The notes beneath the pieces are model-generated. The model worked only from the letters and a program-made list of their open reading frames with translations, was not told where the DNA came from and did no database searches. DNA of 62,914 bases, the filler included, from Bigelowiella natans CCMP2755 (taxonomy: Eukaryota > Protista > Cercozoa), in the NCBI GenBank assembly GCA_000320545.1. It is 8 parts of 8 records of this genome, joined end to end, with 100 filler letters (N's around TTAATTAATTAA, not from the genome) between each part and the next. Parts side by side here need not be neighbours in the genome. Positions count along the whole stretch, not along the records: positions 46,583 to 52,340 come from ADNK01002653.1; positions 52,441 to 54,255 come from ADNK01002804.1; positions 54,356 to 61,199 come from ADNK01000016.1; positions 61,300 to 62,914 come from ADNK01003003.1; 4 more parts are not named here. One strand, 5' to 3'. Below are positions 50,329 to 62,914 of this stretch, one piece after another (within the stretch, counting starts at the first letter, position 1; each line of letters begins with the position of its first letter). The position numbers and the translations under genes are program-made.

Positions 50329-51514
50329 GACATAATGGGGGCAAGAATACTGACGGGGGATAATGGAGCTGCGACTACAGAGCCTGAGGAACCCCAGCAA
50401 AGAGGCTACGAAATGAATGATTTGGTATGCTCTTCGTGCATTGAAAGACTTCACTCGTAGACCGAGTGCGAGAAGGACCCACAATCCTGACTCCGATTCA
50501 TTCTATAAAAAATTCTAACATATTCTACATTATAATGAGTCCCCTCCAACGCTGAGAGAGTCGTAGAGTGATTGGCGAACGGTGATTCTTTCGGTGCAGG
50601 TGGGGCAAAAGACGATTCCTTTGGATGACCCGTTTTGGCTTAGCATAATGGAAAATCTCGATGAAACTCTCGAGCAACTAGATACGGTATGTACGATGGT
50701 TTGCGAGGATATTCACCTATAAATAGCCCTGAGGCGTTAGGAACAGTGCTACAATTCAACAAATATCTATTTTCGTGAAAAGTAGCACTGATTGGAATCA
50801 ATATTTGATATCATTAGGGATACGAAGCTATGCAAATGATTCATGTCAGCTGTAAAAGGCTCAGTGAGAACTGGTCGGAAACAACTCCATCCATCACGCT
50901 TTACTGTAACCGATATCTGCAAACGATGAGAAATTGAAGAGATCTCCCCATTGTCTTAATCGCTATCATGCAGGCATAGGACCAATAATTTACGTCATCA
51001 AACAGCTGTTCTTTGTGCACTCCTTGAGGTTGTTTGTTGTTAACCACGTGTGGCAATGCAATCCAGTCATCAAACATTCAAATTTACACTTGAACCACCC
51101 CCCCCCACACACACACATCCACATACAGACAGAAGGAGCGAGTGAGAGCGAATGGGGAGGAGGAAAGGGATAATATATATACAAATGTGTGTGTGTATTT
51201 GTGAATGTAAACATAATTACGATATTGTATTCCCCAAAGCTCGCTTTCGCCCTCCAATGTACCCCGCTTTGACGATGTACATCTCCTCCTCACTTCACGC
51301 TCAGATGATCCTTGAGCAAGCAGGCTGCGGTGAAAAAAGCGTCCCCTCCTCTGCAGCAGAACGACTCCGCGGGGGAGGGCATCATGGCCACCGCAGTTCC
51401 AAAGAGATCCCGATTGAGATCTCAGAAATGGCCGTCAATCTGATGTTTTTGACTCGAGTCTTCTTCAAGCATCTGATTGGTAAAACTGCTTCATATCGCA
51501 TGAATTATGTATAT

Positions 51515-51585
<71 letters not shown>

Positions 51586-51749
51586 CACACACATTCACTA
51601 ACGATGGTAGAGTTGTCCAAGCGTTATGTGTTGGTTATTGGCATGTACGCAGCCCTGCAGCAACTGAATCAGCCTTGAGACGAGGATGGAATAAATATCA
51701 AATACAATCTTCCTTGCATTCTCCCCCGCCCCCCCTCCTTTCCCGCCTC

Positions 51750-51809
<60 letters not shown>

Positions 51810-52340
51810 AGATATTTGCGAAGGACCCAAACGGAGGAAGGCCCTTAGCCTGCTCCCCATCTCCGAAGCATCCTCGTCGTCATCTTCGTCGTCGCAAGAG
51901 AGGGGGGCAGGGAGAGGGGAGGTCGCTATCACCATTCCTATCAGACCGAAGGAGAGTAAGGGTGATAGACACGGGAGGCAAGTTGAGGAAGAGGCTACAA
52001 ACGGTAAAGCGACGAATGGAACGGCATTGACACTGGAACGAATTAAGGTGATTTTACGGGTATGTTGAAGCAGGAGCATTGCATTTTGAAGATGTGAGCG
52101 AAAGCGGTCCCCCCCCTAACCCCTCCCCCCCCCCCCCCCCCCCCTCTTCCCGTTGTCTGTATTCCTCGCCATCCAGGCTGCGTCGCGTGACACCGATCTG
52201 CAGCACCGCCTCTTCGTGAATATCATCAGAATCATCACAACTCTGCCGGTTACTATTGCAATACCCCTCTTTATCATGCCATATGAACAAAGCAAAAGAG
52301 AAAGAGAGACTTAGGAAATTGCTAGCTAACCTACAGACAA
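50329..52340 (+). CDS. DYM: Dymeclin-like protein, N-terminal part (start exon unresolved; truncated by gap)
   Basis: VGQKTIPLDDPFWLSIM and MAVNLMFLTRVFFKHLIE resemble conserved dymeclin N-terminal segments; QHRLFVNIIRIITTLP follows. Confidence 0.65.
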
Positions 52341-52440
52341 NNNNNNNNNNNNNNNNNNNNNNNNNNNNNNNNNNNNNNNNNNNNTTAATTAATTAANNNN
52401 NNNNNNNNNNNNNNNNNNNNNNNNNNNNNNNNNNNNNNNN
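52341..52440. other. Artificial assembly spacer
   Basis: 44 N + TTAATTAATTAA + 44 N. Confidence 0.97.
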
Positions 52441-52451
52441 CACACCGAGAG

Positions 52452-52493
<42 letters not shown>

Positions 52494-52770
52494 AGAGAGA
52501 TAAAAACATAACCTCAGAGAGAGCAACCGAGTCTATCTCAATGGACATCACATCGGTGTTTGCCAGAACACCGAAGTTAATCAATTCAAATCATGATAAT
52601 GATGACACTAATATATAATAATCCCAAACACAGCGTATGCTATTTCCCCAATCTACTGCTGCTTGCCGCTACTGTTCTGTGCAATAGCTGGTGGTATGTG
52701 CTGTACGCTACTACCACCTATTACTACTACTACTGCTGCTAGTAACTATTGCCTCTCCTCCCTATACTAC

Positions 52771-53814
52771 CGATTCGTGGAAAGATACAGCTTGATCCCA
52801 TCCTTAAGACACCTTGTCACCACAATACCATTACTACCTTACGACGACGCATGTCGGCAGTGCAATGCAGCTGGATTCTTTACAATGCGAACAACAACTG
52901 CATCGTAGGTAGGAGCAGAATCCCTAATGCTTCTCTCATATGCCACCCCCCTCACACCATTACTACTACTGCTGCTACTACTGCTACTGCTATTACTACT
53001 GGCGGCTATTACTTCTCCACATCGAGATGGATTAGCAGTTGTACGGTGCCTGAAAAAAACATGTATGTGGATTTATGGGCAAAAGAAGCAGCGGCGGCAG
53101 CATGGGGAGAATCTTATCCTGCATGCCATAAGCAGACAGCTGGTTTGTGCGCCATGTGTGATATGGACAAAATGGAAAAAATTGAAACAATAAAAAAATT
53201 TAAAACAATAATGATAATAATAATAATAATAATAACAACGAAAATGTAGAAGAGGGGCACCTCTCATCCCGCTGATCGTGTCCCTCGACAAGAACGGATC
53301 TTAACACAAGAACAAAGACGCACGGGGGAAGAAGTTGAGGGGCAGACATTACATCGCTGCAAAGAAATTGGACATAAGAAGATCTCCCATTTCTCGCACA
53401 TACAGCTGGAAAAGTGCACATGCTTCCGAGTCATTCGATTGAGTCCGGTTTTTCTATCGAGGTTTGGAGGAAGGCGGGGGAGGGGGGGGGGGGGGGGGAT
53501 GCAGCAAATGGAAAATATATCAGTACGCGAAGGAGGCAATAACCTACTCACCGAATGTAAGCAAATCGGTTCGGAAATAACGATGATCAAAGCATAAGAT
53601 GTTTCAATGTATCGGAGTCTTTAGCGTTTGTGAAATCTATGATTTCGTTCAAACACACACATACACACACATACACGCACAAACACACGGACACCTCATC
53701 ATATCGTATCGCATCGTATCGTATCGTATCGTATCACACCTTATGCTGTCAAATGAGTCCCAATATGTTCCATGAATGCAAGCTTGGACCTTCACATCAT
53801 CGTCATCATCAATC

Positions 53815-53848
<34 letters not shown>

Positions 53849-54255
53849 TGTAGCATACTTTCTACATAGTACCAGCAGCACAACAGCAGCACCCATGATG
53901 GATCTAGTAGATATTTTCTGCTTTATCCCCCCCCTCCCCTCCTCCCCCTCTCTCCCTCTCAGTCGGTGTGTGTATAGACGTGTTTGTGCAGATAGAGAGA
54001 GAGAGAGAAAGAGGGTGAGAGATGAAAGAGGGTGGGGAGCGAAAATTACTTGGTTTGCATTTGTTATCTCCGTCATCATCGCGGTATCGTTGAGACTCCT
54101 TATGCTGTGTCCCTTTTGTATATACACATGTGTCTTTGTGTGTGTATGTGTGTTCTTTGCCAGATGTGCTGCATGAATGAATCAACTCAAGAATGATACC
54201 TGATTTGCCCGAATATAATACTCCGCGTTTTGGCTAGTAAGAAAGTCCATCCACA
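52771..54255 (-). CDS. TPT1: tRNA 2'-phosphotransferase (Tpt1/KptA), partial
   Basis: YYIRANQ|GHSIRSL, ACIHGTYWDSFDSI, GLNRMTRKHVHF, TISGMRG|TVQLLIHLDVEK|CLKDGIKLYLSTN; these are diagnostic Tpt1 motifs. Confidence 0.9.
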
Positions 54256-54355
54256 NNNNNNNNNNNNNNNNNNNNNNNNNNNNNNNNNNNNNNNNNNNNT
54301 TAATTAATTAANNNNNNNNNNNNNNNNNNNNNNNNNNNNNNNNNNNNNNNNNNNN
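54256..54355. other. Artificial assembly spacer
   Basis: 44 N + TTAATTAATTAA + 44 N. Confidence 0.97.
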
Positions 54356-54407
54356 ATAATGCAAACGGGTGGACGTGCGTGCGGCTTGTTAATGTTACCA
54401 CGCATGT

Positions 54408-54992
54408 GAGACGGGTGTAATGAACAAAAAATCCATTCAATGGTCATCCTAATGTGTACTAGTGTAGCTGAGCAAAGCATGCATGATGGTGTGACAATAC
54501 AATTGAGTTGCTACGCCCAATAAAGCCGCACATGGTGCTCACCGGTGGCATAGTAGTAGTAGCATCGGCATTGCGACAAAGCTGATGCTCCACATGCTGT
54601 GAACATTATTTAGCAGACATGTAGCTTGCGCTAGTGCGCTGCAGAGTGTGTCTGCAGCAGTTGTAGTTCCGATCCATTTGATGTGCGTGGATGCAAATTG
54701 CATGCATGATAATATGACTGTGCTAGCTGTCTAGCTGTGCACATTGCTAGATTGCTGCGCAAGCTATAAGCTAGTCCATGCTAGCATGTACACTCATGCG
54801 CATACAGATTCATCATTATTATTAGCGCTGTAGCCGCTGCATTTGCACATGGCTACATGAGGATGACCACAGTGAACAAATTTGATCGATCAATTTGATG
54901 ACATCCGTCTTACAATGCTTAATTAGTACACACAGTGCGCTATATATGTCGTGACCATTGAAAAGATTTGATGAATTCATTGCATCCGTCTC
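54408..54992. mobile_element. Second copy of the GAGACGGATGTAA-TIR MITE-like element (opposite orientation), with an extra internal terminus near 54900
   Basis: Left end GAGACGGGTGTAATGAAC...TTCAATGGTCATCC. Reverse complement of the right end, GAGACGGATGCAATGAATTCATCAAATCTTTTCAATGGTCACGACATAT, aligns over ~50 bp with 37193 onward. Confidence 0.72.
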
Positions 54993-55137
54993 ATATACAA
55001 TGCACTGTGATGTGCATCATATCAACATATGCATGCAGGGAATGATCGGAACATAAATCTTTATTCGAAACGTATTCTTACAAGGTGTTACATGTTGGCA
55101 TTCAATTATGAATGATGCATGCATGAACAACACTAAG

Positions 55138-57201
55138 TCAGAAATCAAGATCCTTATGTAGCTTCACCGTTTTGCGCTTGTACCTATTTTTCCTTTTTCC
55201 TTTCTTCTTTCTAGGCTCAATCAGCTTGCATTCTGTGCGATCGAATACCAAGAACACATTTGAATTAGCCAGTATACAGATGAGCACACGTACATATAGG
55301 ACAATTTTCGTGCTAATAACGCGCTGCTCGCTTCTGCTTCTCGACCACCTTGTAATCGAGAGAATTGATTCCGCACTGCATTGTCGCTTACCACCGTGTC
55401 CCTCAGGTTACCCGTGACCTGGAATGCAGATACAGCCGAACCACAACGGCAAGAAGAGGGGATTGATTAAACAAAGTGCGAGCATCGAATAAACTCTGTC
55501 TTTACGATACGGTATGTCTATGAACAGGGGATATTAGCCTTGTCCAGGCGCAAAATTGATAGATTTTGTCAGTCGCATTTGTTGTTTTGTTGGCATCCAA
55601 TGCAAGACTCAAAGTTCATCTCAGCAAAAAACGACGATGTCTGCTTTTGCATTCATTCCTTGGTAGCTCGTTCGCTCGCTACTACCTCATCCGAGAGAAG
55701 GACTTCAGGAAATTCTGGCTTGAATCTTTCTTTTCCGAGCTTACACTTCATTGGATCCTTCAAAACGGGAGCAGCAGTAGCCATTTAGCATTCCAACGTG
55801 GGATATCGTTATAATCGCAACCTCATTACTTCTACTACAACTGCTGCTTCTACTGCAATAGTAGTAGTAGCAGTCATCTCTACTACCTACCTTTTTGTCC
55901 TCCTCCTTCTGCAGTTCTCGCTCCACTCTAATTCTGCCAGCCTTCTTGTGCTCTTTCACGATACTACGGACAATACCCTAAGGATATATAGAACAATGAA
56001 TTATAACGACAGCAGCAGCAGCAGCAGCGAGGAGGAGGAGAAAGAGGATAAAGAGAAGGAACAAGGAATCATCATCATCATCATCATGATCGTGTACTCA
56101 GAAATAGCGCATATCAGACTATACTGGCTACGACAAACAAACATGCCTTTATTCGATGAATATCCTGCTTGCTCTTCTTCAGCTGCCAAGATAGGAGATA
56201 TCATAGAAAATGTCCATTAGAGGAACCACATAGCTTCATCATAATTAGACTGAAAGATACCAACCACGCGCTCTCTTTCCCTCTTCGCTCGATCCTCTGC
56301 CTTCCTTGCTTCCTGTGCAGTGTTATCATTAATTAATTCCGCACTGATGCTGCTCCCCCCCCCCCCCCCCTGCTGTATTTTATGATGCCACAACTAGAGA
56401 TGAGATATGATGTAGGAGGAGAAGTTGGAATTGTGTCGAGTAGAAATATTATTTCTAGTTGTTCACTGCTTGAATCAAAATATATGTATGATTTCCTACT
56501 TCTACTACTACTGTTGCCACGACTACTGGTGGTAATACTTTCAGTCGTCGCTGTCTCCTTGTCAACCGATCTTCAGCACGGACTGTCATCGTACATTCAC
56601 ATAGGTATAGCTGTGTGCCTGCTGCTACTGCTATTTGAGACGGTGGTCGTGGTGATGATGATGGTGACGATGATGACGATGATAATGATGAGATGGTGGT
56701 CGTGGTGGTGATGATGAAGATGACGATGGTGACGACGATGACGACAATAAAGATGATGAGTTTCGAGGTCTACGATTCGTCCTACCTGCTGGACGTGATC
56801 CTAGAGCTCCTTCCTCCTCCCCTTCTTCTTCCTCCTCGTTTCCATAGTAAGCGTATTCCTATCGTACGATTCAACAAGTGTAGGAGGTAAGTAACGACGT
56901 CATCGTTTGAGAATGCCATCATCCCAGGTGCTGCGGCGGTGGCAGCATGCGAGTATAGAAGAACATACGCACATACGCATAATTTACTGATTCAGCAGCT
57001 GCTCACCCACCCATGGATCCACGTAAGGAAGATCATCGTGGTTACTAGGGTCCAGCTCATGCTTTATCCTTGCCTTTTCTTTCAGCTAAAGCAGCAAAGC
57101 GATAACAATACATTGAAAGGAAGTGAGGAGGAAAATGACGTCCATAACCACAATTATCATATCAATCGGTTGAACTCAGTGTACATGCTTGTTGTCGTAT
57201 T

Positions 57202-57234
<33 letters not shown>

Positions 57235-58682
57235 GCTACAGAAGAAAAGAGATCAAGAATGTTCATTGATCGATAACCTGACGCTCATACTTAGACGATG
57301 CCTCTTGAATCAACTCCTGCTGCTTCTCTGCCAGCGGATTGTACCTGGGTACGACCACGACAACGATGAATGGATGAATGGTGGCGAATAGAAAGAAAGA
57401 GAAGGATGAGGGGGAGGAGTAGGAGGAGGAGGAAAAGGATAAAAGGGAGAAGTCAAAATTGTGCCCCCGACACACAAGCACTCGTGGTTGAAATGTCCAG
57501 ATGTTCTATAATGCAGGCAGTGACGACTCCTACTACTGAGAGGTAACGTGTGTTCGTTATGAATGAATGAAAGTAAGCTATATTCTCACGATTGCGCCCC
57601 GAGAGGTTTGCTGTATTTGCTCTTTGCTAGACTTTTTTCGCTGATGGCTTTCTTGATCCTGCAGAAAAACATTTAAGAACAATGAAGAATAGAAGTGGTG
57701 TTGGATGTACTAATATAATTTATCTTCCATTTTTTGTTCTTGACCTACCTTTTCTTCGAAGTATTCTTTGCAGCGCTGCCGCCGCCTCCACCCCAAATAT
57801 CCATCCCGACCGAGTCCTGTTTTGTCAGCATAATCATCGTTAGAATGATTACTAATTCAGAGCAGTTTTTTCATAAATTTTCGTTATCAGGATGAGATCG
57901 TTACCTCGGGTATCTCTCCTCTTTTCGGTATCTTTCGCACTCCAGGGATCGAATCGATTCCCTCCTCATCATCATCATTCAGCTCAGCAGTCGCTTTGCC
58001 ACGCTGGCGCTTCTCTAGAAGGAGAACAAAACATGAGCATGCTGGACAATAACACAAACAAAGTGCCTTTAAATGCCAGATCTTACTTCTCTTCAGGCTG
58101 CGTCGCTCATAAAATGTTCTCGAAGTAAGTTGAACTATCTTAGATCCTTTTTGTTTCCTCGATTCTGCAATATGCAAGAAGAGAGCAAAAAGTGTGAAAA
58201 TTGGCATAAAGGGAGCATTGTATAAAATCCATTCGTTCCATCGCCACCAAATAAGACTTTGATCTTCATTACGTTCTTCAGCCAAATCGCTCCGACTCGT
58301 CTTAGGTTTGTGGCGTTTTTTTCGGTCCTGTTTCCCTGGTAAGTGAAAAGTCGTGAGATGTTGTAGACACACCAATTGAAGCCCAACCCCGTCCTACCTG
58401 CCCGATCCAAGAAGAAGAGATCTTCGTCATCCTTCCTTGCTACTGCATCTTAAATGAAAGGCCGAATAAGTGAAAACCGACGAATGTTACGAACAAAGAA
58501 ATTTGGTGATGCATGACCACCAACACACACACACAGTCGAGTGATGACACACGCACCCTCAACGGGCTCGGCAGCCACCGGAGTCGAACGCTTCCATGCC
58601 TATGTTCGTCAATATAAATAGTCGTTCATTTCACATGAAATAAATCGGCGAATAGGTCTCTCACTTTCTTCCTGCGCCCCAT
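55138..58682 (-). CDS. NOP53: Ribosome biogenesis protein Nop53 (GLTSCR2/PICT1) (multi-exon)
   Basis: MGRRKK|AWKR...|DDEDLFFLDRAG (LFxxD arch-interacting motif), MDIWG, YNPLAEKQQELI, KLGKERFKPEFPEVLLSDE|VTGNLRD...RNQFSRLQ|ECKLIEPRKKKGKRKNRYKRK...DF*. Confidence 0.87.
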
Positions 58683-59001
58683 CCGAAAGCACAAGGAGGG
58701 TGGAGGGCACGACTCTGGCAAGAATTGTCGGCGTTATCAAGCCGGAAATCACCGAATATCCAGGAATTCGCCTGGATGAGTTGTCGCAAATCAAGAACCG
58801 CTTTTTCGCAAGATAGTCCATTGTGTTCTTGGCGAAATTACTTAAGTTTAATCCTGATGTCGGTAGGAAATGGAATTTTCCCTGAGAGTTGAGATCACAG
58901 ATGTCGCAGGGAGAAAATCCCCTAAAGTTTATGTCGCTCAAAGCTGGCGGTTGTGGAAACTCCCTCGCACAACAAACCCCATCATCATTACCATCATCAT
59001 C

Positions 59002-59949
59002 ATGAGTGCTCGAGCACCATTCGCGATCATGTTGCCGATTCTAGTCGTGCTCCTCTGCTCCCCAGGTCACCAAAAAATCACAATTTAGAACCGAAACTCG
59101 TTTCCAATGGCTTTGATGAAATCTTGAAATGATCACTGGTTCTTTTGTTCTTCTTGGCGCAGGGGTTCATTGCGCTTACTGCAACGGGAAACCGAGCCCT
59201 GATGCTCAGCCTAACAAGAATCCCATCCAAACTTCGCAGCCCGTATTCGTTAGAAAAGTTTTGAACGCTTCTCTCTACCAAGCAGGTTTGTTCCCTTCTT
59301 CCTCGTTGAAAATGTTGCGTGAGGTTTACTTTGCTTTTCGTGCAGGAGAGGGGGAGGATTCCATCTCCGTCGTACACTTATGGGGCAATCCATACCAGAA
59401 AGGATTTGCTCATGGAACTCTCATGAAAGATAAGGTAATTCGACAAGGAAGACCGTCTGTGTCGATTGTGAACCCTCCATCATATTGTTGAATGTATATT
59501 CAGATGAATGAGTTCTATCCGCGCACTTTCGCGTTCTTTGAGTCCCAATTCGTGGAGACCATCAACCAAACAGTGCCATGGTAAACCTAAGCGGCCTATA
59601 AGACTACACTATGCCTTTTTTTGTCTATTTGAATTTTTGGCCGAAATGTAATGCGGAATAATCAATCTTGGATTCGGATAAAACGGATTCTGAACATACA
59701 GACGAAGAAGAACACACCAACAGTAGAGTACAACACAAATATTATTGTTCTGCAACGCTACAGAACCAACTTTATCGTCTCGCTTAACAAAATGATCAAT
59801 GTCAAGAGTCCCATCAGAAAACTGTTGACATATATTCCATACACAGGATTCCAAAAAGCGCAGCTGACTGGGTGGCTCGCGTCGGCCTAGATGTAAAAAC
59901 ATATATTTTATATCCCTGACAAAATCCTCTGATAAACTATTACTTTGCG

Positions 59950-59990
<41 letters not shown>

Positions 59991-60882
59991 AGGTTGCTCT
60001 AGATCTTACATTCGATCTGATGTTCCCGTTTATACCGAAACACTTCACAGAAGAGATGAAGGGAATTGCTGACGCCACCGGTTCGTTACCACGACCAAAT
60101 GCTGCATTAAACACCCGCATATGTATTAAATCTTTATACAAAGTGAATATAGTTTAATATAAGTATGGTAAAATATTACCATGTCATTGACAAAAATACT
60201 ACTTGAACAGTGTGCCTTCTTAAAATATTGTAGTCGTAAGCACTAGACGAACATATGTAGTATGCTCAGTTGGTGCGTGCTTGTGTGTGTGTGTGTGTGT
60301 GTGCGCTGTATTTGTATCTTCAGGTGTTGATTATAAAATGATACGGAGAATCCATATGATCGGAGAGTTAACTCAAGGTTCTTCGCCTCAACTTGTGTCG
60401 CCATCATCCATCATCATCATCATCATCATCATTATCATCTTTCAAATAATAGGCCATTGCTCGATGTTTGGAGCGTGGGGAAATGCGACAGTCGGAGGTA
60501 AGGACAGTGCGATCCTGATGATAATGATAAAAGGGCATATTCTTCTTCTTCTCCCCCCTGTTATGAAGATCTAACGAAATGCTTTCCCCCAGGTCATGTG
60601 CTTCAATTGCGTGCTTTGGACTGGGATATTACTGGCCCCTTCCAGGTAGTAGATAGAGCATACGTACGATGCGAATGATGACGATGATGATGATGATGAT
60701 GATGGTGAAGTCGATGCCCGTCATCACGCATGGTGATAAGACAAGCGATGATGATTTTCTAAGTAATTTAATTATTATTTTTATTATCAACAGGATTTTC
60801 CTCAAGTGACTATCTACCATGAGGAGGAGGGCAGCAACAGCAATTCATTCGCCAATGTGGGATGGACGGGCTGGATCGGCAG
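59002..60882 (+). CDS. Secreted acid-ceramidase-like Ntn hydrolase (Dictyostelium dcd1-like), truncated by gap
   Basis: Signal peptide MSARAPFAIMLPILVVLLC; VVHLWGNPYQKGFAHGTLM; EEMKGIADATG; GELTQG|HCSMFGAWG (autocleavage Cys nucleophile); QLRALDWD; FANVGWTGWIG. Confidence 0.87.
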
Positions 60883-61075
60883 GTTGTTTCGCCGTATATT
60901 TAGTAGTATCCTTGAAATATCCGTATGGTGTCAATGGTATGCGATATGTGCTCGAGACACGATGATTCTCGTCTGCAAAGGAAAACACACAAACACACAT
61001 ATACACACATATAAACATAATTTAGTGATATATGAGTTGAGTAACATGTTATATTGAGTAAGTATCGTAAACATG

Positions 61076-61120
<45 letters not shown>

Positions 61121-61199
61121 TTATATATGTGTATGGGATGTTCCCCATGGTATTTACCGTTAATACGTGCTTTTGTTGGTTATGTGTGTGTGTGTGTAT

Positions 61200-61299
61200 N
61201 NNNNNNNNNNNNNNNNNNNNNNNNNNNNNNNNNNNNNNNNNNNTTAATTAATTAANNNNNNNNNNNNNNNNNNNNNNNNNNNNNNNNNNNNNNNNNNNN
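61200..61299. other. Artificial assembly spacer
   Basis: 44 N + TTAATTAATTAA + 44 N. Confidence 0.97.
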
Positions 61300-61719
61300 G
61301 GGGGTTGGACATCAACCGCATACACGGCGCCGACGGGGTAGGCACAACCTTTTCCAGCAGCGGTTTTGTAGCTACACCAAGACGCATTTCACAGGATGAA
61401 AGCGGTCTCCACCTGGGGGGGGGCAGCTTAAGATTGGGCTGTCGCTCGTGCATCCTTTGGATCGCTTGCTCTACAAACGACTGATTCACAATCGGTTTCG
61501 CCAAAGTTTTCTTACGCGCCTCATACTTCTCGAATCTATGGAGAAGGCCCGAAGGGTTTTGCGCAAGGATGGCGGTGAAGGAGGGGGGCGGGTGGAGGGA
61601 AGGGGCAGGAGGGGTAGTAGTTTGGAAGTTACGATGCGCGTGTGTGAGCGTGTAAGTTCGGAGAATATCGACAAGTGTATGCAGAGTGTTTAAATGTATT
61701 TCTGTAAACTATATTCAAG

Positions 61720-61763
<44 letters not shown>

Positions 61764-62714
61764 GTGTGTGCTTGCATTGACGTACTGCTCCTTCTCTATC
61801 TCCTCGATCATACTCAGATTGAGGTGTCTATACCTACACAACGACACAAAGAGGAGGAGGAGGAGGAGGAGGAGGAGAAAGAAAATCAAGCAGAACTCGC
61901 GCCAGGATTTTGCACAAGTCGATTTGCTTACCCAGGAATGCCCGGCTTTTGCGGTTTGGCATTCAATATAGCAAACATATCACGGACTTTCTTCCACGCT
62001 TGCCAAGCACGCCCTGTATTCAGTGGTGAGAGAGGAGATAGAGAGGAGATAGAGAGAAGGGGGGAGGGGGAGGGGGAGGGAGAGGACGACGGTATCAACG
62101 AAAACAGTCACAGATTGCAAATATTGTTTTTCCTCTCTCTTCCTTCACTTAATTAGAAAGATTTTAACCCCCAAAACGATCGATCGGCCTTAGTTTCACA
62201 TTGCACCGCATATAGCTCGCATGCGAAAGAAACGACCTTCGTATAAGGAGCGAAGGCGCTCTTCGTTGTCCGTACTGAAGTAGGATAAACCGCTTATATT
62301 GCAGACGAATTGCTGCTTCACGCCCAATATTCCAAGCTGACGTAGTCGTACATATCACCAGCACTCAGACAGGCTACATGCATATATACATTACATTTGG
62401 TGTATATTGATGAGAGAGCGTACGCGCGCGCGCGCGCGTGTTCGTGTGCGTGCGTGCGTATGTGTGCTCAATCCCCTTACGATGGATCATTTTCTAGTTC
62501 TAAAAACAAGTCACCTGCGGCATCGTTTTTCCCTCGTTTCTTAGCAGCCATATCCTCTTAACCAGAGGGTCTTTAGGAGCTTTCGGCCCCGCCTTCTGCT
62601 CCTCTTCCGCCCTCTCACTGTCGGCAGCAGCGGCGTTGAAGCTCATAGCTTTTTGATAGGCTCTCATTATTTGCCCCGCCTTATGGCCTTCCTTACGGCA
62701 CTTGTTTATCACCT
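61300..62714 (-). CDS. Internal exons of a hypothetical protein
   Basis: Phase-compatible GT-AG exons: VINKCRKEG...KTMPQ|LGILGVKQQF...LYEG|RAWQAWKKVRDMF...IPG|YRHLNLSMIEEIEKEQ|FEKYEARKK...; family not recognised. Confidence 0.5.
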
Positions 62715-62878
62715 GGCGAAGGGTAGGGTATGCGCAGCTTGTCAGGCTTTTTTATCCGTGCAAGTGTCATATGTAAACTGATGATCACAGGATAGTGATA
62801 TACAGCTCTCAAACCAAACAGCCGGTTTGATTCATCCCTTTTTTACATCTCCATCGTTATTCGTTTATTATAAATATG

Positions 62879-62914
<36 letters not shown>

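Overview
Gene-dense, intron-rich eukaryotic nuclear DNA. Genes have short exons, GT-AG introns full of (TA)n/(CA)n/(GA)n/triplet microsatellites, and there are seven identical 100-bp artificial gap spacers. A complex-plastid targeting leader points to an alga with a secondary plastid; the leader style is chlorarachniophyte-like (inference only). Genes recognised by manual splicing: an ABCB NBD, an Amun-like HhH protein, a COG0523/CobW GTPase, a mitochondrial carrier, a coiled-coil protein, a secreted Cys-rich protein, an intronless holocytochrome c synthase (HCCS), an intronless orphan, ABCG, a CREST-like membrane protein, a myristoylated EF-hand protein, ArfGAP, ABCF2, dymeclin, Tpt1, Nop53 and a secreted acid-ceramidase-like Ntn hydrolase. 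Two things stand out. (1) The System III heme lyase, normally mitochondrial, carries signal + transit + thylakoid-lumen peptides, suggesting HCCS-type maturation of plastid c-type cytochromes. (2) Repeat-derived intergenic tracts are almost purged of TpA (apparently to TpG/CpA) except in CTAG, while CpG is retained; this looks like a repeat-directed mutagenesis opposite in direction to fungal RIP. Exon boundaries and counts were done by eye and are approximate.
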